From: a virus
Strand: one strand, 5' to 3'
Length of the DNA: 17,001 nucleotides
IMG/VR virus record: IMGVR_UViG_3300045988_065566
In this document: piece by piece, positions 6,305 to 12,966 of the stretch
How positions within the stretch are numbered: the stretch's first letter is position 1
Layout: each line of letters starts with the position of its first letter
Notes under the pieces: generated by a model
The model's input: the letters and a program-made list of their open reading frames with translations, nothing else
Told to the model about the DNA's origin: nothing
The model's database searches: none
Translations under genes and position numbers: made by a program

Positions 6305-6336
6305 GGGAGTGTTTCACGTGAAACACTCCCTTCTTT
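6305..6336. terminator. Intrinsic terminator built on a 26-bp perfect palindrome (contains copy 3 of GTTTCACGTGAAAC)
   Basis: GGGAGTGTTTCACGTGAAACACTCCC (6305-6330) is preceded by AAAA and followed by TTCTTT. The 14-mer core is at 6311-6324. Confidence 0.75.
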
Positions 6337-6350
6337 ATGGAAGGGATAGT

Positions 6351-8600
6351 ATGCTGAGAGATATCAACCCTAACGTCGAGGCGACGTTTAACTGGGCTCA
6401 ATGGACGCCCAACACGTCGCTGAAACTCTGTAATGTGCCGTGGGATAGTAGTTACCGTGACCTAGCCCGGTTCGAGTCACCGCAGAAACAACAGGAATGG
6501 TTTGACCGACGGCCCGGCATTGACAGGGTGCATGGAGTCATGCACATGTTCGGCCAACCCGTGCGCGTCGAACTGCCATTTAACGAGGCGTCCAACTACA
6601 ACTATGTCGTGGTGTATAACGATTACCCCGACTTGGAGGTGCCACGGTATTGGTATTATTTCATCAACCACGTGGATTACATCAATGCGTACACTACTCA
6701 GCTCACTGTACAGTTGGACGTTTGGCAGTCGTTCCAGCATGTACTTAGGTTTGGATCATGCTATGTGGTGCGAGGCCATATCGGCATTGCCAACGAAAAC
6801 CAGATGACCGATTATGGTCGCAGTTATCTTGCACTACCCGAAGGGCTGGACACCGGTAGCGAAATGGTGACGGTAAACCAACAGTACAAGTCTCTTATCA
6901 GCATGGACGGGAGAAATCTGAATTACGGCGTAATAGTCGTGAGCACGGTAGATTTGTCAGCGGACGCGGGCAATCAGGAAAAACCGTCTCTCACTACTGC
7001 GGGCGGCTCTCTGTTTGAGAACATGGCTAACGGTGCTGAAATACTGTACTTTAAGGACATCCAGTCTATCCGAGTGTTTATGGGAGTGGGCTCTACTTTT
7101 TCATGGATAACACAGGGTATTGTAAACATGTACATGATACCCTCTTTAGACGATGACTTTCTTAAGCAATCCGGCTATGTCGTAGATAAGCTGTTTGGGA
7201 AAACACTCCCTTCGGAATTAAATAATCGTATCTACCGTTTCCCCCGGTCGGCCACAAATGCGCCCAGCAGGTATGAAGACATTATTACCATTAATGATTT
7301 TCGTGATAATTTTAATATCCCTAAACGTTATAAAAACCTTAAAAAACTCAAATGCTACCCCTATTCTACTGTTGAATGCACTTGCTTGAATGGCACTAAT
7401 ATCACCTATAAGCCCGAAAATATCCAAAGCGATAATCTGGTTATTAGAGCGGTGCATAATTACGCGCCCAATGGCGCGCGCTTGAACTTTTACCCGGTTG
7501 GGTACAATAAGGCGGGTGCAAGCGAGATCGCTCCTCTTGATAAAAACAATGGGTTACCCATTGATAGCGGGGAAATGTTGGACGCCGCGTTTGGCATCAG
7601 CAATTTCCCTCAATTTGTGATAGTCAACAATGGTGCCCAGTTGGCAATGGCAAACAGTGCCTACACTCGTTCCTACAGTCAACAGTCCGCTGACTGGGCG
7701 TACCAAAAAGCGCAGATGGGCATCAGTCAGTCTCTTGCGGCCACGGCCATGCAAAACCAGTACAACACCCAAGCCAACAAACTCGCTATCGGCAACCGCA
7801 ACGCCAATAACGCGATACAAGCAACCTCGCTTAACACCAGTCTGGACAACACAACGTATATCAACAATCAGCGAGCTGACCTCGCACAGCTTAATAACGT
7901 GGTTAACGGCGTGGTCGGGGTGGCGGGCAACGCCGCTTCTGGCAATGTCGGGGGCGCGGTATCGGCATTAGGCGGTGCGGTTATGAATGGTGTCAACACT
8001 GAGGCAAACCGCAGTATCAACAATACCGCCGCCCAACTTTCCACGGCGAACTCGCTGAGTACCAACGCGGCCACAACAAGTCAGGCCAACACATACGGCT
8101 CTCAGACTACAGCGCTTTCAAACCAGTTGGCCCAAAATATGGCGGATATGAACGCGGATTACGCTCAACGTTCCGCGTTCGGAGACTATCAAAACACCAT
8201 TGCGGGTATCAATGCACAGGTACAGCAGATGCAATTAACACCCCCGACCACCTCCGGCGCCATCGGCGGAGACGGTTTTAACCTCGCAAACGGTATTGTC
8301 GGGGTGTTGGTTCGATTTAAGACGTGCGCACCCTCAGCTCTGCGGAGCGTCGGAGAGTACATGTTGCGTTACGGGTATTTTATCCAGCGTTTCATCACGC
8401 CGCCGCAATCGCTGGAATGTATGACAAAATTCACTTACTGGCAGATGCAAGAGTGTTACGTGCGAGGTGATTTGCCCGAGCAGTATCGGCAGACCATTAA
8501 AGGCGTGTTCGAGTCTGGGGCTACTATATGGACTAACCCGGATGATATCGGCGTGACCGATTGGGCGGATAACGACCCATTGCCGGGCATCTCATTCTAG
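6351..8600 (+). CDS. Tail knob / distal tube protein (phi29 gp9-like)
   Basis: N-terminus matches the gp9 pattern: NVPWDSSYRD..EWFD vs phi29 DVPFSNDYKNT..NWFN, and YNYVVVYND....YWYYFI..VDYIN...TQLTVQLDVWQSF vs SYIMFQNADYGNKWFYAFV..LEF.....YVHFEIDVLQTWMF. The YPY motif (KLKCYPYSTVE) is present. I use ATG 6351 after GGAAGGGA. The track GTG at 6309 lies inside the terminator. Confidence 0.8.
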   Translation: MLRDINPNVEATFNWAQWTPNTSLKLCNVPWDSSYRDLARFESPQKQQEWFDRRPGIDRVHGVMHMFGQPVRVELPFNEASNYNYVVVYNDYPDLEVPRYWYYFINHVDYINAYTTQLTVQLDVWQSFQHVLRFGSCYVVRGHIGIANENQMTDYGRSYLALPEGLDTGSEMVTVNQQYKSLISMDGRNLNYGVIVVSTVDLSADAGNQEKPSLTTAGGSLFENMANGAEILYFKDIQSIRVFMGVGSTFSWITQGIVNMYMIPSLDDDFLKQSGYVVDKLFGKTLPSELNNRIYRFPRSATNAPSRYEDIITINDFRDNFNIPKRYKNLKKLKCYPYSTVECTCLNGTNITYKPENIQSDNLVIRAVHNYAPNGARLNFYPVGYNKAGASEIAPLDKNNGLPIDSGEMLDAAFGISNFPQFVIVNNGAQLAMANSAYTRSYSQQSADWAYQKAQMGISQSLAATAMQNQYNTQANKLAIGNRNANNAIQATSLNTSLDNTTYINNQRADLAQLNNVVNGVVGVAGNAASGNVGGAVSALGGAVMNGVNTEANRSINNTAAQLSTANSLSTNAATTSQANTYGSQTTALSNQLAQNMADMNADYAQRSAFGDYQNTIAGINAQVQQMQLTPPTTSGAIGGDGFNLANGIVGVLVRFKTCAPSALRSVGEYMLRYGYFIQRFITPPQSLECMTKFTYWQMQECYVRGDLPEQYRQTIKGVFESGATIWTNPDDIGVTDWADNDPLPGISF

Positions 8601-8609
8601 TGCTATACT
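8601..8609 (+). promoter_or_regulatory. Extended -10-like box TGCTATACT, 6 nt upstream of the portal ATG (leaderless-type)
   Basis: TATACT at 8604-8609, then 6 nt, then ATG 8616. The only purine-rich run (GAGG 8611-8614) is 1 nt from the ATG, too close to act as an SD. Confidence 0.35.
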
Positions 8610-8615
8610 AGAGGC

Positions 8616-9572
8616 ATGTCTAGGTCGAGGAAAAATCAGAATCGTAGGGGCGGCGCGTTGCATCCGCGTGGCAATTACGCCAAGGCGCGCGCCGCCGACC
8701 TTGACGCAATGTACTATCACCTGTTGACTGAACTGGCACTGAACCGGCTCAGCTGGCGGGGATTGCCGCCCACCGTGGATGAACGATGGCTGGAAATGTG
8801 TCTGTGTGAATACGGTTGCGCGTTGTTTTTCGAGGACAAACGTATAGGCCGGTTCCTCGTAACGCAGGCCGGGTATCAAGGCCGGTTGAACGTGTATAAT
8901 AATCCGACGTGTTTCGAGCCGGTCGGGGTCAACTATCATTACAAGCAACTCAAGGCGGGCACGGAGTGCATCCCCATTTGGGATAATCGTATGCGCATGA
9001 GTTTCAAGGATATTCTATGGCAGTATGCGCGGCGTCTTGCGGACATTGACAAGGCGTATGATGTGAACTTGGAGAGCCTGAAGCTTCCGACCATTATCAC
9101 CGCCGACCCGCGTACCAAGCTCACCGTACAGAACATGTTGCAACAGCGGCAGGACGGGCAGGATTATATCATCGGCTATGATTCGCTTGACCCCGGTAGC
9201 ATGTTCCAGCCGTGGCCCAACACCACCCCGTATCTGCTGGACAAGTTTATCCAGCAAAAAGCGCAGGTGACTAATGAGGTGTTGGGGTATCTCGGTATCC
9301 AGTCTTCCGGCACGGAGAAAAAAGAACGGCTCATATCGGATGAGGTGGCGCAAGCCAACGAGAAAACGGACTTGTTCCGCCTGAGTTTCCTCAAGGCCCG
9401 GCAGGAGGCGGCAACCCAAATAAACCGTTTGTGGCCATCTCTTAATGTCTGGGTTGAGTATGCGGACGTGCAAAGCTCCGGCGTACCCAACGCACTGGAC
9501 TCCAGCGCGACCGGCACGACTGATATTGATATGCCCGCCTCGTATGACGCGGGTATCGGAGGTGTATTGTGA
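8616..9572 (+). CDS. Portal / head-tail connector protein (phi29 gp10-like upper collar)
   Basis: Collinear matches to phi29 gp10: WRGLPPTVD vs WENLPPTIN, EKKERLISDEV vs EKKERMVTDEV, FLKARQEAATQINRLW vs FLKSREEACEKINELYG. The basic N-terminus and length (318 vs 309 aa) are also similar. Confidence 0.9.
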   Translation: MSRSRKNQNRRGGALHPRGNYAKARAADLDAMYYHLLTELALNRLSWRGLPPTVDERWLEMCLCEYGCALFFEDKRIGRFLVTQAGYQGRLNVYNNPTCFEPVGVNYHYKQLKAGTECIPIWDNRMRMSFKDILWQYARRLADIDKAYDVNLESLKLPTIITADPRTKLTVQNMLQQRQDGQDYIIGYDSLDPGSMFQPWPNTTPYLLDKFIQQKAQVTNEVLGYLGIQSSGTEKKERLISDEVAQANEKTDLFRLSFLKARQEAATQINRLWPSLNVWVEYADVQSSGVPNALDSSATGTTDIDMPASYDAGIGGVL

Positions 9573-10186
9573 GGCCACATATGGCACAGAGTTTTAGCGC
9601 CTATGCAATGGCAACGCCCGGAGAGTACACCGAAACCCTCGGCAACCTCATTGCGTTGGGATACGATACGGACGCCAAACTGCATCTGAGCGCCGACTAT
9701 TACCCGATTTACGATGAATCACATCGCGCCGAACTCAACGAGAAAATCATCCGCCATTACGCGCTTCGGGAAATCGGACAGGAAACCGCACAACAGTTCA
9801 TCTTCTACCTGGGGATGACGATGGCGGAAATCATGCCATATTTTAATGAGCGCTACAGGACGCTAGCGTTGAAATATGACCCATTGAACACTATGGAAAT
9901 TGTCAGTGAAAGCCTGTCCAATACTGTAGCCCAGTCCAGCGGCAAAACCAGCGCCTCTCAGGATAGTGCGACCCGAAGCTCCTCGGACGGCACCAGCTCA
10001 AGTAGCACCAAGTCCCAGTCTTATGACTCGGAAGTGCCCGCAACCGGCGTGCAAGGTGATTTTGCTCGATACGCGACTCATGCCAATCAGGCGCAAGCAG
10101 ATACGGACGGCAGTAGCCATAGCACGCAAGATACCTCTTCTCAGTCCCATAGTACATCCAGCACGGAATGGCAACACGACGCATGA
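9569..10186 (+). CDS. Lower collar protein (phi29 gp11-like), N-terminal and central part
   Basis: HYALREIGQETAQQF....MAEIMPYFNERY matches the collar-family H.EIGQET..F / MPY(Y/F)N.. pattern. It is followed by an S/T-rich segment (..SEVPATGVQGDFARYATHAN..). GTG 9569 lies 6 nt after GGAGG (9558-9562) and overlaps the portal stop. The ORF stops at TGA 10184-10186, before the conserved C-terminal motif. Confidence 0.75.
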   Translation: MRPHMAQSFSAYAMATPGEYTETLGNLIALGYDTDAKLHLSADYYPIYDESHRAELNEKIIRHYALREIGQETAQQFIFYLGMTMAEIMPYFNERYRTLALKYDPLNTMEIVSESLSNTVAQSSGKTSASQDSATRSSSDGTSSSSTKSQSYDSEVPATGVQGDFARYATHANQAQADTDGSSHSTQDTSSQSHSTSSTEWQHDA

Positions 10187-10326
10187 GCCTCATACAGGAG
10201 TACCGGCAGGCGATTATCAACGTGGACATGGAAATCGTGAGGAGCCTCGAACCGTGCTTCATGCAGATATGGGGGTCGTATGATACAATTTTCAGTAACT
10301 GCCATAACTATGGAGAATGGGAGTAA
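10183..10326 (+). CDS. Small ORF (47 aa) carrying the conserved C-terminal motif of lower collar proteins
   Basis: Absent from the supplied track because it is under 60 aa. ATG 10183-10185 overlaps the upstream TGA 10184-10186 (ATGA). Translation is MSLIQEYRQAIINVDMEIVRSLEPCFMQIWGSYDTIFSNCHNYGEWE. The ..R..IINVDM.I...L...FM.IW segment is the usual C-terminus of gp11-like proteins. This frame is open only from 10153. Confidence 0.45.
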   Translation: MSLIQEYRQAIINVDMEIVRSLEPCFMQIWGSYDTIFSNCHNYGEWE

Positions 10327-10328
10327 TC

Positions 10329-10982
10329 ATGGTTGCCATTAACGCTTTGATTCCACGGCAACGTTTGTTTGACGGGGTGCCCACGTCCGTTCCGTTCACC
10401 TATCGGGATGGGCTGACCACGTTGCAGTTGATTGAATGTCTACGCCATAATCTCGATATCCTCCAGCGTGATTTGAGCAAGCTGGAAGAGACCACCACTG
10501 ACCTTGCGGCATCCGTGGACAAGGCGCTTGCGGATACCGTAGCCCAGCTTAACGGGGCTATGGCCGCGTTGCGCGCGGAACTGCTGGCCCTGATTCGCGA
10601 GATGGAACAGCAGGGCGCGGCAACCTCCCCGGTGTACGGCACCACGCAACCGCTCGGGGACGTGCTTGGCGGCATGTACGACAATGCGGGCATGTACGAC
10701 AATGCGCGCAATCATGGACTGTTCTGGGGTGACTACGATGACATGCGGTTGACCGCGCAGGAGTACGACGGGTTGTCGCTTAAGGCGCGCGAGTATGACC
10801 TGAAGGCCACTGCCGTGGATAATTGCGTGCCCGGCGACTTTCCGGGCCGCTCCCAATTCCCTTACGGAAAGTCCATGCCCGAGAATCCGCCCGCCGACAT
10901 GACGTTTATCACGCAAACGGAGGCGGATGCGCGTTATGTCGAACGTAACCCGACCGCTGACAATTTTGACAGAAAGGAATAA
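10329..10982 (+). CDS. Putative tail/appendage structural protein with coiled-coil region
   Basis: GGGAG (10319-10323) sits 5 nt before ATG 10329. The track start at 10317 would overlap the preceding small ORF. Heptad-like region (LDILQRDLSKLEETTTDLAASVDKALADTVAQLNGAMAALRAELLALIREMEQQ). Located between the collar and fibre genes. No family recognised. Confidence 0.5.
   Translation: MVAINALIPRQRLFDGVPTSVPFTYRDGLTTLQLIECLRHNLDILQRDLSKLEETTTDLAASVDKALADTVAQLNGAMAALRAELLALIREMEQQGAATSPVYGTTQPLGDVLGGMYDNAGMYDNARNHGLFWGDYDDMRLTAQEYDGLSLKAREYDLKATAVDNCVPGDFPGRSQFPYGKSMPENPPADMTFITQTEADARYVERNPTADNFDRKE
10671..10706 (+). repeat. Perfect 18-bp tandem duplication (2 copies)
   Basis: GGCATGTACGACAATGCG at 10671-10688 and again at 10689-10706. 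It is in frame and gives GMYDNA-GMYDNA. Confidence 0.95.
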
Positions 10983-10987
10983 TCACC

Positions 10988-11404
10988 ATGACCGCATCCA
11001 ACCATACCGGAAACTATAATCTCTCGCAGTTCGCTGGTTCCGACCGGCCTACGTGGCTCGGTGACTATAACGGCGACATGAAGAAAATCGACGACCAACT
11101 GAAGAAAAACGCGGACGCCATCACATCCGCCGGGGGTGGGCTTAAGACCGTGGCGCACACCGCCGACCTCACCGGTGACGGCACCAGTGGCTCCCCTCTT
11201 GGCGTGGCGCCCACTATCGCCAAAAAAACCGACATCCCGGACGTGAGCGGTTTCGCCACCACCTCCGCAGTCACTTCGGGGCTTGCGGGCAAGGTCGATA
11301 AAACCGCCTCTAAGCCCTCCAAGCTCGGATTGACGGCGGCCGAACTTGACTCCATGTACAAGGACGCGGACGGCATTGTTCGCGTCGGCACCTCCGTGGC
11401 ATAG
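10988..11404 (+). CDS. Short tail fibre/appendage protein sharing its N-terminal module with the next gene
   Basis: RBS AAAGGAA. N-terminus HTGNYNLSQFAGSDRPTWLGDYNGDMKKIDDQ is paralogous to residues 6-40 of the 11420 ORF. The rest is G/S/T/A-rich. Confidence 0.55.
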   Translation: MTASNHTGNYNLSQFAGSDRPTWLGDYNGDMKKIDDQLKKNADAITSAGGGLKTVAHTADLTGDGTSGSPLGVAPTIAKKTDIPDVSGFATTSAVTSGLAGKVDKTASKPSKLGLTAAELDSMYKDADGIVRVGTSVA

Positions 11405-11419
11405 AAAGGAAAAACGACA

Positions 11420-12919
11420 ATGTCCACCACACAGCACACCGGTCATTATAATCTGCCGACGTTTGGCGACAATCCGAACGACCGCCCGTCATGGCGCGGT
11501 GATTTCACCGATGCCATGACGAAAATCGATAATCAGATGTACGCCAACGCCACTAACATCACCACGGCGACGGCGGCGGCGAACAACGCGACGGCGGCGG
11601 CGGGCGAGGCAAAAAAGGCGGCGAGCGGCGCACAGTCCACAGCCAATGACGCCGTTGACCGACTGGACGCGCTAGGCGCAACCGACGCTACGCAGGCGGG
11701 CCGGATTAAAACCAAGATTGACTCCACAGCCACCGACCTTGGCAGTTTCAAAACCACCACTAACGACAGTATTGCCGCATTGCAACGCAAGGATACGGAA
11801 ACCGATGGCTCTATCGCAGGGATTAACGCCAATTTAACGGCCCTCGGCGTAAACGGCACATCAGAAGCAACTCGGTCTAAAACCAAATGGGACACAGCCG
11901 CTTCGAATGCAACAAGAAACGCATCCAACATCACAAAGAACACGACCGATATCACTCGAAACATCAGGATTCTACGGAACTCTATCGGTTATAACGATAA
12001 TATTGTGGTCATCGGTGATAGTTGGGTTGATGGGTACTATGGCGGCGCCAAGCATCCAACCGATAGCCCTGCAAACGCCATTTACGATATTCTATCTCCA
12101 TCAACCAAGCAGACACTGGGCACCAGTGCCGGAGGGTTTTTCGCGGCCGGAGACAGTGGAACATTTTTGGATAGATGGAATACCGTGCCTAATAAAAGTT
12201 CTGTGGACAGGGTTATTATCATCGGTGGACAAAACGATGCCGAAAAGCTACATGACGGGACCGCCATAGCGGACATTGAACAAAAAACCATCACCACTCT
12301 CAACACTATCTCCCAAGAAGCGCCAAACGCCATTATCGACGTGTTTCCCATGTGTCTCGGCGTGGGGGAGTCAATGAGCAGGACAACTAACCAGATTCAA
12401 GGCGACCCCCGCACCATTGTATATAAAATGATCACCCGTATAAACAATATCCCCAACCTTGTGATTCATGAGGGTGCATATCGTGCTGGCGTCTGGGCCT
12501 CATACGCATCGGACGGCGGTGATGATAACGATGGCGCACATCTTAGCAAACTGGGGTACGTCGAATTTGGACACGCGGTAGGCTCCTGTATCCTGCATGG
12601 AAAAACCTTCTTCCCTACTACGGATGGCGGGGTCAATGACTCACAGCTTCCGGGGGCTTGGAAATATATCAATGTTTTCGAGACCGGCGGCATCTTGAGT
12701 ATTGTCTATAATATTCAACTTTCCGGCCCCGTGTCAAATGGATTCCGTATTTTCAAGGTACCTAAGTGCCTTAAAGTAGGTGCTACTCGGTACTGGCATG
12801 ATTTTAGCGACAAGTATTTTGTAAGCTTTGGAGGCGACACACTTGCAATACAAGCAGCCAACAACCTCGGCAACGGTGATATCGTGGCTGGAAGCCAATC
12901 ACTGTTAGCGGGGTTCTGA
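11420..12919 (+). CDS. Tail fibre/appendage protein with C-terminal SGNH (GDSL-type) hydrolase domain
   Basis: RBS AAAGGAAA. Shared N-terminal module (HTGHYNLPTFGDNPNDRPSWRGDFTDAMTKIDNQ), then a long A/T/N-rich helical stalk. SGNH blocks follow: VVIGDSWVDG (block I), IIIGGQNDA (block III) and DGAHLSKLGY (block V, DxxH). Confidence 0.7.
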   Translation: MSTTQHTGHYNLPTFGDNPNDRPSWRGDFTDAMTKIDNQMYANATNITTATAAANNATAAAGEAKKAASGAQSTANDAVDRLDALGATDATQAGRIKTKIDSTATDLGSFKTTTNDSIAALQRKDTETDGSIAGINANLTALGVNGTSEATRSKTKWDTAASNATRNASNITKNTTDITRNIRILRNSIGYNDNIVVIGDSWVDGYYGGAKHPTDSPANAIYDILSPSTKQTLGTSAGGFFAAGDSGTFLDRWNTVPNKSSVDRVIIIGGQNDAEKLHDGTAIADIEQKTITTLNTISQEAPNAIIDVFPMCLGVGESMSRTTNQIQGDPRTIVYKMITRINNIPNLVIHEGAYRAGVWASYASDGGDDNDGAHLSKLGYVEFGHAVGSCILHGKTFFPTTDGGVNDSQLPGAWKYINVFETGGILSIVYNIQLSGPVSNGFRIFKVPKCLKVGATRYWHDFSDKYFVSFGGDTLAIQAANNLGNGDIVAGSQSLLAGF

Positions 12920-12927
12920 CATACGCC

Positions 12928-12957
12928 ATACCCCGTCCGGTACGCCGGGCGGGGTAT
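12928..12957 (+). other. GC-rich hairpin after the fibre gene (no U-tract)
   Basis: ATACCCCGTCCGG (12928-12940), loop TACG, CCGGGCGGGGTAT (12945-12957): 13 bp with one G-U. Its 3' arm overlaps the TATACT box. Confidence 0.55.
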
Positions 12958-12960
12958 ACT
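12955..12960 (+). promoter_or_regulatory. -10-like box TATACT, 6 nt upstream of the ATG at 12967 (leaderless-type)
   Basis: Same TATACT-N6-ATG geometry as at the portal gene. No SD upstream of ATG 12967. Confidence 0.3.
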
Positions 12961-12966
12961 AATACC

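Noticed and set aside
6309-6350. The track's GTG start at 6309 for the tail-knob ORF (MFHVKHSLLYGRDS..).
   Set aside because: These codons are the 26-bp palindromic terminator read as protein, and the mirror peptide appears in the minus-strand ORF as well. ATG 6351 has an RBS, and the gp9-like similarity begins there.
7040-7470. An AT-rich stretch inside the tail-knob gene as a possible foreign insertion or intron.
   Set aside because: It stays in frame and encodes segments that look conserved in gp9-like proteins, for example the KLKCYPY motif region. It is probably just local compositional variation.
9163-9171. A minus-strand perfect extended -10 (TGATATAAT on the reverse strand) inside the portal gene.
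   Set aside because: There is no downstream minus-strand ORF or structure for it to serve. It is likely a chance occurrence, and it cautions against over-reading the +strand -10 matches. An antisense RNA cannot be excluded.
10153-10186. Programmed -1 ribosomal frameshift joining the two collar ORFs.
   Set aside because: There is no X_XXY_YYZ slippery heptamer or homopolymer in the only window where both frames are open. The ATGA overlap or a 1-nt indel explains it more simply. I retained it only as a minor alternative in the finding.
9966-10283. A +strand ORF of 105 aa overlapping the S/T-rich part of the collar gene.
   Set aside because: It is an alternative frame of a low-complexity region, with P/R-rich composition and no RBS. 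The conserved collar C-terminus is in the other frame (10183-10326).
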